A DNA stretch of 64,000 nt from Geosiphon pyriformis uo1 (lineage: Eukaryota > Fungi > Glomeromycota), in assembly GCA_016748015.1 (NCBI GenBank), contig JAAOMT010000480.1, positions 682,001-746,000 on the forward strand, in the 5' to 3' direction. A program made the position numbers and the translations under genes. Each line of letters starts with the position of its first letter. Position 1 is the first letter of the stretch. The notes under the pieces are model-generated. The model was not told the DNA's origin and ran no database searches. It saw only the letters and a list, made by a program, of their open reading frames with translations. This document shows, piece after piece, positions 39,205 through 53,300 of this stretch.

Positions 39205-39813
39205 TCAACTCCTCAATTGCGTTGGAGTTTCTTTAATCTTTTCAAAATATGGCTTAGGCAAGTATTCCTCTCCCTTTAATATTCGATTCAAATAAGCTCT
39301 CTCAGGCAACAATCCTTCCTTTATATACCCAGGTCCAGCGATGTAAACCACCGCTCTGACAATCTTGACCGAGTCCGCTTCCCGTCTTTCCCCAACTCCA
39401 TATTCACCATCAACCCCATTTTTCCAAAATCCACTTTCGGTCACGGGTACCAATATATCGACCTCCTCCCTATAATATTTGCCAGATTTTACACCCTCAT
39501 ATATATCTAATTGAGTAAAGCTCTTGTGATTACACCCTTCATAAACAATCCCGTACACGATAGAACTTGGTTCAGACATGATATTTGCGTGAGATTTTGT
39601 TCCACCATCATGATTGAAAGCTAAGCGATAATTACGAATGGCACAAGGGAATCGCTTTGACCAGGGAACATCTCGTTGGGCCATTTGGTCCACCGACATA
39701 TTTGAGCCATAGGCGAAGTAACTTGTTAGTGTTGGTAACGGTGGTAGGGAAGAGAATTCAGTCTTTGTGGAAGTGGTAGTTAAGGCGGTTGAGCTAGAGA
39801 TAGAGGACCCCAT
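39205..39813 (-). CDS. Gamma-glutamylcyclotransferase (GGCT/AIG2-like), intronless
   Basis: YFAYGSNM, VYGIVYE, LDIYEGV..GKYYR and P...YLNRILKG motifs. First ATG at 39813. Confidence 0.88.
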   Translation of the reverse strand: MGSSISSSTALTTTSTKTEFSSLPPLPTLTSYFAYGSNMSVDQMAQRDVPWSKRFPCAIRNYRLAFNHDGGTKSHANIMSEPSSIVYGIVYEGCNHKSFTQLDIYEGVKSGKYYREEVDILVPVTESGFWKNGVDGEYGVGERREADSVKIVRAVVYIAGPGYIKEGLLPERAYLNRILKGEEYLPKPYFEKIKETPTQLRS

Positions 39814-39975
39814 TGTCAAATATCTAAGCGGAGAAATAAAATTCAATGATTGGAGTGTTATGTAAAAATATCATGTGTCAAGCTGATAAGCCGATTAATG
39901 TAACATCATAAAAAAGATTTTTTTCCCTTCATAAATTTTTAACTTGATATAGAGGAATTTTGCAAATAAAAAATT

Positions 39976-42900
39976 ATGGAGGTGATATTTGAATTTGCAA
40001 CTTGAAGATAACAACTTTTTTACCAAGTTCATGCGAATCTTTTTCACGTCCATCTAGGACTTCTATGTGGGACTTGAGCAGCAACTCATTCAATTGTCAA
40101 CGGCAAGTGATACGACAGTTATACGAACGGTAGGGTTATTCAGAACCAAACCTTTTCCAAAACCACCACTAGAGCACATTATTCCTTCATTTGACTCGCG
40201 AAAGGATTATTTTTCATCAAAATATCAAAGGCCACTACTACGTTAAACATTCAATATTATAATAACGTGAATTGTGTACCAGCATTGGTGGAAATTATAT
40301 CCAAATCTCAGCTTTGGCAGGTTCGATTAATTCTTTTATTTACAGAATTTTATGCAACCTTGAACAGTTGATTTTACGTTTGCTGGATTCACAGGTACGA
40401 CAATTAGCTGCGGTAGAAGCAAGAAAACGCGTTTTGAAATGGTGGTCAAAGCTTGACATTAATAGCCAAAATTTGATCAAGAGTCGTTTACTCGAAGTAA
40501 TATTACAAGAGGCCCAGTAAGTTTGTAAATAATTATGATCAAGTTACCCAGGGGTTATCAATGTTTTTACTGAAAATTAAACCCAACCCCATTAATTTTA
40601 TATGATCAGGAGCCTCGTGAGTCATGCAACTGCCCGTGTAATATCCTCAATTGCGAAAGTCGAATTACCAGCTGGCACATGGGGTGATCTACCGCAATTT
40701 TTATTTAATTGCTGTAAAAGCCCTACTGCTAGTCAACGTGAGGTATTTTTTTTCAAAATAACCATATTTAATGCGATTAAAAATTATTTATTAATATTTT
40801 ACCCTTAAGGTTGGAGTGTATGTCTTATACACTCTCTTTGACACACTCACGGATATATTTCTCGACCATAAGCAATTTTTTCAATTATTCACCAATACTA
40901 TTAATGATCCAGTGAGTAAAGAAGTTCGAATCACGACTCTTCAGTAAGTATTATGATATTTTATCTTATTCAATGATTTCATTTCAATCTTCAATCTATA
41001 CTCAACAAATATAAAATTTAATACTCCCATCAGGGCATTAGGAAAAGTTGCTGAGTCTATTGAGAGCGAAGCTCAAAGTGAAATTGTATGATATTCTAAT
41101 ATTATCCCGTGAATAAATTCCATTAAGTACCCATAATCAAAATAAAATAAAATTTCAGAAATTGTTTCAAGATTTGATTCCCTCAATGGTCAATGTCCTT
41201 CAACAATGTTTGAATGACAATGACGAAGACTCTGCTAACAGAGGATTTGAAGTATTTGATGGATTGCTTATGCTGGTAAAATTTATATTCATGTTAAACT
41301 CAACATAAGGGCTGCCCTAACGCTAAACTGGCATTTAATTTTAGGAAGTACCTCTATTATCTAATCATATCCCTCAACTTATCGAGTTTTTTTTGAATGT
41401 TGCTCAAAACAAAGATTATCAGGGTTCAATGCGGGTGATGGCTTTGCAATTCTTAATATGGGCCACTGTATAGTAAGAATCGAGAAAATACGTGCGTTAA
41501 TTATCAGTTATCCCGTTATAATCAATTTGTAGATTGAAATTTCTCTTTTGGCATCATTTAGCAAAAAAGCCAAAATTCAAAGGCTGAAGCTTGTTGGCCC
41601 CATTATCGAAAGATTGATGCCTATTGGAACTGAAGATGACCCCGATGATGCCGATGAAGATTCACCATCAAGGGTGCGAAAATGAATTGTTTCGTTAGTG
41701 CCCCAATTTCTCAAATTTTAATAATTGATATATTCTAAACAATGCACAGCTCGCATTCCGAGTCATAAATACTCTGTCAACTAATCTGCCACCAGCCCAA
41801 GTATTTCCTGCGGTAATCAATCAGGTTGTTGGATACATGCAAAATCCTGATCCAAAATTCAGGAAGGCTGCAATGATGGCATTCGCGGTAGGTGTTTTTT
41901 TACCCAATCACTTATTGTTTTAATGCAAGTTTTCCTCATACTCATAAATATATATATATGGGAAATAGGTTTTGATTGAAGGGTGTGCAGATCATATTCG
42001 TCCCAAATTCAATGAATTACTACCAATTGTATGTACTGGACTTCAAGATCCAGAGACCATCGTCAGACGAGCAGCGTGCATAGCTCTTGGATCTTTTGCA
42101 GGTTGCCAGTTTCTTCTGGTTTCATTTATTTATCAACATTAAACTTTGTAATTTTAACATCATATAAAATCCTTCATTCACGTAGAAGAACTAGACCAAG
42201 AGATTGCCGTTAATCACGCCACTTTATTGCCACTTGTTTTCAACCTCCTCAATGATCCAAGTCCTGATATTCCCAAACACGCTTGCAATGCGTTAGATGC
42301 CATTCTTGAGGGATTAGGCGACGAGATTATTCAATATTTACCCATATTAATGGAAAAGATGTTGAACATATTGGATTATGGCTCAGATGAAGTTAAAGCT
42401 ACTGTTACTGCAGCCATCGGAAGTGCCGCTCATGCTGCTGGAGAGGTATAATCAATATTAAATAATGTGAAATACCGTAAATTAACTTAATACTTTGAAT
42501 AAATTCCCTTCATAGGAATTTAAGCCATACTTTGAAGAAGTAATAAAAAGATTACATGCCTTGATGAGTATCAATCAAGGAACAGAGGCTCTTATGTTAC
42601 GTGGTGTAGCGACCGATACCATCGGAGCCGTTGCGGAAGCAGTTGGAAAAGAAGTTTTTCAAGTAAAATTTTTCTATAAATTTTAATCTTATTACCTTGT
42701 GTGCGTAAAGCTTACTCTCCTAAATATAAAGGATCACTTCCATGAACTGATGCGAATGGCCATTGAAGGAATACAATTAGATTCTGCTCGCTTACGTGAA
42801 TGCAGTTATTGTCTATTTGCTGTAATGGCTCGTGTTTTCCAAGGCGACTTTGCACCTTACCTCGAAGCGGTGATGCCACAACTGATAAAAACTTGCCAAA

Positions 42901-45036
42901 TCGAGGAGAAAAATTTGTTTAATATAAGTGGTAAATGATCAGGAAACTCTCCATTGACCTATTTCCGTTTTCTCATTAACATTCTGATTTGACCTACTTT
43001 TAAAAGAAAACCTTGAGGCCGAACAAAATGAAGAAGATGAGGACGATGTTGACGAACTCATTGTAAATTCGGCTGTTGTCGATGAAAAAGAAATAGCTGC
43101 TGATGCTATTGGTGAAATTTTTGAACATACCAGAGGGCATTTCCTTCCGTACGTTGAAACATGTACCAAGGAGCTTCAAAAACTTTGCAATCATTATTCT
43201 GAAGGTGTTAGGAAAGCAGCGGCTTGTTCTTTGTTTAATTTTCTGGCGACCTTCTATTTGATGTCGGATCCTGCACCTTGGCAACCTGGCTTACCAGTGG
43301 TAATTCTTATTTTCGCTTCTCATCCTTTCCTGCTTAAACTTCAGCTGAGAGATGATTTGTATTGTGGTAATTAGAAAGTACCACTTCACGAGAATGTAAC
43401 TACCATGGCGAAAGCGGTGTTTCCTGAAATTCTAACTATGTGGGAAGAGGAGGAAAGCAAGTAAGTTATCGAGGAAACACTAAAAATCTGTATTTGCGCT
43501 TAAAAATATGATGAATTATAAGCTCTTAACCCAGCTCATTTTGAAATTTAATGAGATGATTTTTTTTATTCTGAATACTCCCATTCAAATTAATTTATCC
43601 GAATTGTTTGAAATATCCATTAAATAACTTTTCTTATCTTCACAGGATGGTGGTGGTTCAGATATGTCAGGAGTTAAATGAGGTGCTCAAAGGTTGTGGG
43701 CCTGCCGTCATTGCTGATTGTAAGCTTATTTACTATGATTCAAAATTTTCCTGTCTTCTGATAAGCCTTTTTATTCAAAACCTTATCGATTTAATAGATG
43801 TTGATCAGATTGCAAATAATTGTCTCCAAATCTTGCAAAAACAGGCTGCATGTCAACAAGATCAGGAAGACGAAGAAGGAATTTTGGATGAAGATGAAGA
43901 AGCAGAACATGATGCTTTGCTAATCAATGCCTGCTCGGATTTAGTGGCAGCTATGGCTTTGGCGCTTGGTTCTGATTTTGCCTCCTATTTCAAAGTTTAT
44001 CTTCCGCTAATAAGCAAATATTATGTATGTTTAAAGTTAAATTATATGAATTTCAAAGAAGCATTAATTTTCAACTAAACTAAAACTATTATTCCCTGAA
44101 TCTACATCTAGAAAAAGACAAAACCTACATCTGATAGATCAATGGCCATTGGATGCTTGGGTGAATGTGTCCTTGGGCTAAAATCTGCTTCATCTCAATT
44201 TACTGAGGTATCGACCATCTAGTCAATTTTTCTGTTTTATTTGACTGGAAAAGCGAATACAGAGTTAAATATATTTAATTAAAATGATCGGTAGCAACTT
44301 TTACCAATCTTTTTGAAAGCTCTTGGGGATGAAGATGATGAAGTTCGCAGTAATGCCGCATATGCCATTGGACTCTTATGTTTTTATACAAACGTGAATA
44401 TTATTGGGTTAAGTATATCACTTCTTTGACGAAACTGTGTTTATTTTTGTGTGATTTATTTACATTCTTCCCTTTTAATAGCCAATATGGTGCTATTCTA
44501 ACAGCCTTACACCCACTTATTACGAGACAATCGGCCTCAAATGTTACTGACAATGCATGTGGCGCTGTTTGTCGAATGATTTTGGCACACTCTGAAGCTA
44601 TCCCGCTCGATCAGGTACATTTTTCGGTATAAAATTGATTTTTTCACATCAGATCAATAATTTAACTCTGAGAATTTCAAGGTTTTGGAAGTTTTAATAC
44701 GAACATTACCACTAAAGAAAGATTATCAAGAAAACGAACCAGTATACCAATGCATATTCCAACTATTTCGCATCAATAATTCATTTGTAAATATTCAACT
44801 TGATCTTTGATTTCTCTACCGATCGTTTTGGCTAAATTCTGTTGTCTAAATAATAGATCTTAAATAATATTCCTCAACTCTTGAATATATTTGGGCAAGT
44901 CTTGTCGCCACCGGAAGATCAACTCACAGACAAGACACGCCATGAATTGATAGAACTTATTCATGCCCTACATCAACAGTTCCCCGATATGGTTAACCAG
45001 TCGGGTTTGACAACTTTATTACAAGCTCAATCTTAG
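39976..45036 (+). CDS. KAP123: Importin-4 / Kap123 karyopherin beta (about 23 introns)
   Basis: 6-nt first exon ATGGAG; VRQLAAVEARKRV, ARVISSIAKVELP..TWGDL, HEAT repeats, VNSAVVDEKEIAADAIGEIF, DRSMAIGCLGE, EVRSNAAYAIG, DNACGAVCRMI, PLKKDYQEN; stop TAG 45034-45036. Confidence 0.93.
43508..43574 (+). ncRNA. Intronic box C/D snoRNA, snR71/SNORD29-like (guide for LSU rRNA Am2946, yeast numbering)
   Basis: Inside the longer KAP123 intron starting 43461: box C ATGATGA 43508-43514, guide AACCCAGCTCA 43528-43538 complementary to conserved LSU UGAGCUGGGUU, D' TTGA 43541-43544, box D CTGA 43571-43574. The +5 rule points to the A of UGAGC. Confidence 0.85.
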
Positions 45037-45699
45037 AGCCCATTCCCTTTTATATTTCCCTCCTGGCTATATGGATATTCTGAATTTATGAATTCTCAAA
45101 AGTAAAGTAGTTCTTTTATCACCCAGACTAAGGCTAATTTTTTATACTATCAGAATTAAATTTCAAAGTATTTTGTGGGCGTTTCGAAAATCCCAATTTC
45201 AGGAAAGAGAAAAAGCTCTAGGATTATAAACTCGATAGGGATATGTAAGGTATACTGCAATAAAACGAAACATAATACGAAGTCACATGCAGTGGCTTGG
45301 AATTGAACCAAACCAAACGGTATGCGCGATTGTGAATTCCTGGGGCCGATTTTTTTAATTGGCTTGTCTTGAGTATCTGATAATTTCTTTGCAGTTCCAG
45401 CTATTCAGGCATATTTCCAAAATACAAATACAAATTTATAGTCACATTTTGTGTTCCTGGAAAGCTCACTGCTATCATATTTTTCTATTCTATAAAAATG
45501 TAATTTCTTAATCATAAATTACTTTAAATAACATTATTTTACTGTTTTTGATTTTGATAAATTAATTTAATAATTCTTTGGTCATGGTGATTTTAAACTT
45601 GATATTATTAAAAATATTTTATTTATTTATTATTATTTTAATTAATGTATTATAATAAATATATTTAATTTTGTTAATTTGTATATGTTTTAAATAGCA

Positions 45700-47340
45700 T
45701 TTATAAATTACAATTTAATACAATACAACAAATTAAGTACTTTAAATTATATGTAATTTATGTATTTGTTATATATAACCAGCCATTTAGACAAATTAAA
45801 ATTGTATTTTATTATACTACATATTTATTAAAACCAAAAAACAAACAATTTATTTACAAAAATTAATATAGTTTTTACAATATTAAGTATTTATATTATA
45901 TTATTAAAAATAATAATTAAAAGATTATATATAACAAAAAACACGAAATTATTTATATATAATCTGTTTTTTCTAAATTAACTTTAAATTTAAATTTAAT
46001 TAATTTAAATTTATTTTTATAATTAATTATTAAATTATAAACAAAGTTAACCAGTTTAAAACAGTAATTTTAAAAATAAAACTTTTGCATAAAAATATAT
46101 ATAAATACTTATTATTAATATATTTATAATATTAAAAATAATAAAATACATATATTAATTAAAAACTTTTAAACCATAATAAATATATTTAACAATTTTT
46201 TGTAAAAATTTATATTTATTTTATACACAAATATATAATTTAACAAATTTTATTTTATTATATTACAAATACAAAATATTAAAAAATAATCTGTTATATA
46301 AATATTTTTTAATTATTACAAATAAGTTTTAATATATTATTTTTATTATATATATATATACAAATTAATTAACAACTTATTTTAAATTTAAAAATTATAT
46401 ATAAATTAAAATATTTTATTAAAAAATCTTAAACTAATCTATGTTTTATATCAAAATATTATTAATAATTTTAATATTAAGTCTAATTTTTTATTAAATA
46501 TAGTTTATAATTTTATATATATCTTAAATTAAGTAGTTTTAAAAACCATTTTATTATTAGTTATAATATATTTTTTTTTAATAAATAAAAAACAATATTT
46601 TGTTAACAAATATATTAGTATGTTTATTTTTAAAAAAGTTTAGCCTTATATTAAATAACAAAATTTTTATTATAATTATAATATTAATAATATTATATTA
46701 AATTAAGTTAAAATTTTAATTATAAAACTACTTTAAAAATTTAATTAAATCTAAATATTTTTTAAAATTAACATATTTTTTTTATTAAAATTGTTTTTTA
46801 AAATTACAAAAAACTTTTATTTATAGTTTTAACTAACCAAAAACATTTTTAAAAAAAACAATATTTAAAAACTTAAAAAACAAATTTTATACAAAACAGT
46901 TTTATATTGTTTTTAAATACATACTTAATATTAATTATTCTATATACAAATTAAAAAGCAGCCTTAATAAAAACCAGAAAAAACATTAAACACCAAAATA
47001 AAAATTATTTATTTAAAAAATTTTTAATAACTAATATTTGTTTTTTAAATATTATTAAATACCAAAAAAAATTCAGTTTTTTTTAACTATTTAAGTTAAT
47101 ATAAAAAAAGTAATATTAAAAATTTAAGACTTTTTATAATTATAACAATTATACAATTCTAATTAATTATTTTAAAAATTATTAAAAAAAGAAAATTTTT
47201 TATTTAAAATTAAAAAAAATAGTTTAAAATCAGTAAAAAACTGATTAATAACTATTTTATTTTAAAAAAAAACTTTTATAAAGTACTATTAAACAATTTT
47301 TATATTTATAACTGTTTTATTAATAAAAATACTACTAATT
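45700..47340 (-). mobile_element. Ghost LINE 3' portion (copy B), eroded almost to pure AT
   Basis: Reverse complement of 45758-45792 matches the copy C 3' UTR at 27/35 with only transition mismatches; adjacent sequence echoes the ORF2 C-terminus. Upper boundary uncertain. Confidence 0.6.
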
Positions 47341-47364
47341 ATATTAGAAAATAAAAAAAAAAAA

Positions 47365-50300
47365 CTTTTTTCTCTCCTTCATCCCAAATTCCTAAAAAAG
47401 TATTAAATTTTGAAAAAAAGTTTTTTTCTGTTTTTGCATACTGTCTTTTACTATTTTACAAGAATCAAATCCTTTTGTTGTTGGCCCAGCTGCCACTATG
47501 AGTGGTCCTAGTGCTAAAAAAAGGTCTGCCAGAGTCTTAACTACTGGTTCAGTTGGTGATGGTTCAACTTAAAAAGTCAAAAAGCCTCTCCATGATGTTG
47601 AACTTTCAAGTGCAGATAAGAATCTCAAAGATGATAGGCCTGTTAGTGTGGATGGGCAATTTACTAGCATGGATACGAATGGAGAAGCCTTTGATGGTAG
47701 AGCCACTTCCGACTCCCAAATGAATATGCCCAATGCGAAGCGTTTCAATACTAGTGCAGCTATCAGTTCCTCTTTTGGCTCTATTAATTATAATATGGAT
47801 GATAAGGAGGAAGTTTTTCTTCTTTCCCGTTTGTTTTTCTCTTTAGAAAAGATGTGGGTGGACCCCAAAATTGTTAAGTCTCAAGTGGAAGTTACTGTGA
47901 AAAAATTGTTTGCTTTGGACATCAATCTATCTGCTGTAAAGGGGAAATCAGTGACAGCCAAAACTCAGGTTATCAAAAAATTATTTTCGACAATCAATGG
48001 TTTTGGAGGGGCCACTACTCTTTCAAAATTTGAAGAGATCATCAGATCTATATTTATTTTGTCAGAAAGCATGGAAAAGGCTGCATCATTGGCCAGAGAA
48101 AATAACATCATAGTAAACAGCAATTTTAAGAGACAAGGAATTTGCTCAGATCGGGCCATAGTAATCAAGAAAATTTTCATGAATATGCTGAAAGAAATGA
48201 TTGTCGCCACAGTATCCGAGTTTGGAGAAATTAAGTTGATCAAAATCCAGTTGATTGGTTTATGGCAAAAGGCTGTGGTGGAATTTGCTGAACTAGAACA
48301 GGCTGTGTCTTTGGCTGCTAGGTGGTTCTTCCTAATTGGTAAAGACTCAGTTCGTGTGACTATGGCAGTGGGCGATCGTGAAGCTTGGGCATCTAGAGAT
48401 CAGTTCAGGGCACTTTTGTTCACTTTGCCGGTGGGAACTACTGCTCATAATCTTGGGGATCTTCTTGAAAAGACTGGTGGAAAAACTTGTGTCATAAATC
48501 AGTCATTGGAGACTGGTAATAGGGTCCGCTGTGTTGTTGTTTGTTTTGATTCTGATGAGATTTTGGAGTCGGTTTTTTGCACAGAGCCAATCTTTGGTGG
48601 TGTAAAACTCTTATGAGCTAGGCTGGATTTGGTTCACTGTAAACGGTGTGAGAAGTTCAGTCATTCTGTCTTGGAATGTGATGCTGAGGTTGTATCAGCT
48701 CTTAAATTTCAAAGTTTTTTATAAAGCCTGCCAATCTTATACAAAGAAAAATGTACCAATCTCTCGTCCTGTTGCCTTTGGTGGCAAATCTTGGGCTCAA
48801 ATGGTCTCAGTTGCTTCAGTCTTTCATGGTTTTTGTGCTGGTTCTGGTTCTAGCTTCCCACCTTCTGGTGCTTTGAGTTCAGGTGGGGCACCTTCCCCTC
48901 TACCTGTGGTCAATTCTCCTTTGGGTGCTCACTTAGTGCTTCTGGAACACTCTGTGGAGCTTTTATCTAATCAAGTTTCAGACATTCTTTCTCATCTTGA
49001 CAATATTGGTTCGGCACCCTTGGCATCTTTCTCTCAAATGGTTTCTTTTGTGGTTGTTTCTCAGTCCCCAATTTTTGTGCCTCTTGTGGTTGCAAACTCC
49101 AACTTGGATTTTGACATGGCTGTTAATGATTTTGTTGTCTAGCCTACTTCTTTCTCTCCAGGTGTTGTCAATTTGCTCTTGGATCTGAGTAGTTCCAAAG
49201 TCCTGACTTCCAAAGTTGGTAGTCTGAAATCAAAGTTGGTTGCCCTCGACATCTCTGTTGGTTCGATTTTGGCTAAGTTGGATCAGTTGTGTGCTGGCTC
49301 GGGTTCTTCAGTTATCTCTTTGTCACAATAACCAGTTTTATTTGAAAAATTGTCACATGTAATGTTAGGAGAATGAACAATTTTGCAAAATAGGAGGACA
49401 TTTTTCATTGGCATAAGGAATCTGGTAGTTCGATCTCGATTGTTACAGAAACCAAGTTGTGTTCCAGTTCACAACCATGGATCATAAAAAAGTTTGAGGG
49501 TGTTCAGGTTTTTACGTCTGGTCTGAATGTTGGGTTTTGTGGGGCTGGTGTGGCCATTTTTGTAAACAATTCTCTGGCTCATTATGTTTTCAAAGTTGAG
49601 GAGATGAAGGGCAGAGTTCTTTTAATTTGTCTTTTGTTCAAGAACAAGCTTTCTGTGTCTGTTATTGGGCTTTATGTCTGTGTGTCTGGTGGTAACCATT
49701 TTGTTCAGGCTTCTGTTATTAATTCATTCATTGCTGATACTGTAAACAAAAGTTTTTTTGTTGTTTTGGGTGGGGACTTCAATGAAAACAATTCAGTCAA
49801 GGGGGTGAGTCTTAGAAAATGTTTAGGTTTGGGTCTGGTTAATGTTTTTGGTGGCCATTCTCTAGCTAGAGTTTCTACTTGGAGCAATTCAAAAGATATT
49901 AGCAAGGTTTTGAACTATATTCTAGTTAATAACTCTTTGATTTCAGCTGTTGTGGATTATGACGTTAGTTCTGTTTCAGAATTTTTTGACTCAGATCACT
50001 TGGCTGTTTCGATGTCTATTGGACTGGGTGGTCTTCTGAATGCTTATTTGAATAGCATTTGCAAACATGCTAATAAGGATCACTGGAAGTTTAAGATTAA
50101 GGATGCTGATGAGAAAAAGTGGGTGCATTTCAAAGAACTTTCTGAGTGTGCACTTTTGGGTTTTCTGGATAGGTTCAAGACAGCTGAGGATAGTGGCAAC
50201 TTGAATGGAATGTGGGGGGTGCTAGCTGAAGCCATGACTGCTTCTGCTGAACAAAATTTTTCAAAACATTGGTATAGTGAATTTGATTGTGCTACGAATA

Positions 50301-53300
50301 TACTTTCTTCTAAATTTTCTAAGTTAGAGCTGTTGGTTGCCAAGTTATTAAAGGTGTTGAGACTGGATGATACATTGGGCTTTAATCATCTGGTTGACAT
50401 TTGGTTTAAAGCTGACTCTTCCGAAGCTTCTAAAGTTCATGGTATGGTCAGGAATGGTGTAAGTTCTGTTGGCTTGATAAGTCATCTTTCAAAGGTTAAA
50501 AAGCAATATAGAAAGTCCAAATATTATGAATCTGAAGTGGCCAAAAGATCTGCTATCAGAGATGCGATTGATAAGCATATGAAAAAGTTTGATATGGACA
50601 AAAGTGGGATGATTCAGAGCATCTTGAAGTGACCCTTCCACAAAGTTGTTCTAGACCATTTGGTTGTTGGTGATTCTCTTATTTTGGAACCTAATGAAGT
50701 AAAGCTCAAAGTGGATAACATTATGGTTAATTAGACCAGAAAGCAGAATGCTCTTCCTGTCTTGTCTGGTCTCTGGGCATAACAATATGCTCCTTTGGCC
50801 TATGTTAATGATGGTGCCTTTAGTCTGGTCATGTGTAATATTACCATATGCGAGATGTCTTTAGTTATACGTGATCTTCCTGATGGCAAGGCTTCTGGTT
50901 TGTTTGGTATTATCAATGAACTTTGGAAACATGCTGGCTGTTTGGTTTTGGAGTGTTTGTTGTCTTTGCTGAACTTTTGTTTACAGTTTGGTAATGTTCC
51001 AGTCTATTGGAAAGAGACTTGGGTGTTTATGATTCCTAAACCTTATGATTAGGATGGCGTTTTGTCGAATACACAGCCTATTGCATTGATTGAGACAGCC
51101 AGAAAGATTTTGTCAAAAGTTCTCTCAGACAAGATCTCTCTTGCTTGTATTAAGTTTGATGTTCTCTGCAGTAAAAACTTTTCTGTTCTCAAAGGCACTT
51201 TCATTCAGTTACCAATTTCGGCTGTGGATTTGATTGTGGAAGATGCTTTGGAAAAAGGCTGTGAACTTTGACTGGTTCTTCAAGACATGCGAAAAGCGTA
51301 TGATTCTGTTGGTTGGCCTCATTTGGAAGTTAGTTTACACTGTATTAAAATGTGTGACAAGTTCATCAAGTTTTTTAGCAACATTCACAACAATTGCTTC
51401 AACAGAGTCATGACAGATTTTGGTTTATCTGATGGATACAAAGTTCTTGATGGTTTGAATCAGGGTGAAGTTTTCTCACCTTTTTTTTGGAGAATTTTTT
51501 ACAACCCCTTGTTATGTGAAGTTGCGAAACAAGATCATTTGTGTGGTTATCGGATCAATTCAAACTTTGTGGCAAAAACCAGAAGGATTGAGACTAGTGG
51601 GAGTATGACTTCTTTTTTCATGGCTGGTGCCTTTGTTGATGACACTATTTGGGTGGGAAATGGGCAAGCCTCTACACAGCACATTCTTAATATAGCCAGT
51701 GAGTTTTTCCTCATCAATGACATTAACATAAACAATGAGAAGATGGTTGTTATTCCTATCAACAAAAGAGTGGAATTCCTGTTTTGTTTATCAATGGCCA
51801 AGCTATCACTGTTGCCAGTCCTGGTGTGAGTCATCGATATTTGGGTATTTTTTTGTCCACTGATGGTTTGTCTAAGCCGAGTTTTGCCAAAGCCAATTCA
51901 GATATTAGGTTCTTCTCAAATATGATTCTCTGGAAGGCTGTCTTTGATAAACAATTCTCTTATCTGGTTTCAGCTGTTTTGCAGCCCATAGTCAGTTATT
52001 GAACATAGTTTAGTTTTGTTTCCAAAGCTGTTTGTCTAAAATGGGACATTCTGATTAGAAAAGATCTTAGATTGAAAGCCAATTTGCCGAGAGACTTTTC
52101 CAATGAGGCATTGCACCACCCCTTTCTTTATGGGCTGAAATTTTTTGAACAGTTGTAGGCTGAATGCAAGGTAGCTTCCATTGTGCAATTTGCAAATTTT
52201 TTTGGAATTCTTGGCCACCTGTTTGAACATCAATTTTTGGATTTGCAGATTTTGTGCTGGACTCTGCTGAATTCTCTTTAATATCCTGTTAAGCTAAGGG
52301 TGAACACTTTAAACAATTTTCTAGTGGGTGTGGTTTGTATATTTCTTGACAACAAGCTGTCTTTGGATAACAGGCTTCCCTGTGCCTTTCGCTCTTCTGG
52401 CCATTTCCCAATATTATTGGTATTGGGTGATCCTTTGTATTTCAAGGTGATTTGCTCCTTGAAAATTGCTGATGTGGCATATGGTAACCAACTTCTGGAC
52501 AAAAAGAGTTCTGTTATTAGTTGGCATATGTTTTGCCAATGGAAGAGACTTGGCTCTAGAGGCTCTGTGCCTTTATGGTTTTTGAAAGCCTCTACTCACT
52601 TGAATAGTGGTTTGCGTGCTCCCCTTCCTGCAAGTTTAGCTTCTGTTTATGCTAGTGTTTTGGATTCAACGTCTTTTGCCGATATTCGTGAGAAGATTCA
52701 TGGATTGTGGGCTGATGAAATTGATGTTTATACTGATGGTTCTCTTAGAGGCTTGGGTACGTTTCAGGTGGCGTGTGGTGCTGCTGCTTATTTTCTTAGC
52801 TTGAACAAAGGTTTAGGGGTGGAGATACATAGTGTGCTGTCTTCGACCCTGGCTAAATTACAGACTGTTGCCCTGGCTCTGGAGTGCATTCCTGTCTCTG
52901 TTTCAGTGGCTTTGCACACAGATAGTCAAGTGGCTATTGATGCATGTGTGGCCAAATTGGGTCTCTTGCAGCCGGATTGTCACAATATTTGCTGAATAGA
53001 AAGGCACCATGTGGTTGATTTGATTAAATCCAAAGATTTGACTGTCCACTGGATCAAAGTCAAAGGTCATGCTGACATTGCTGATAATATTATGGCTGAT
53101 GTTTTTGCTGAACAAGCTGCACACTCTAAGGTCTCTCTCCCTGTTAGGATTAATTGTAAATATGTGGTTGCTAATGACAGGCCAGTTTTTGGTAATGCCC
53201 ACCATTTTGTACGTGACATTTTTCATTCCATTTGCAAGTTTCAATGGGAAATGGGTCCTGGCCAAGAGGTTTTGTTTTGTTTGTTTGGTCTGGTTGTCGA

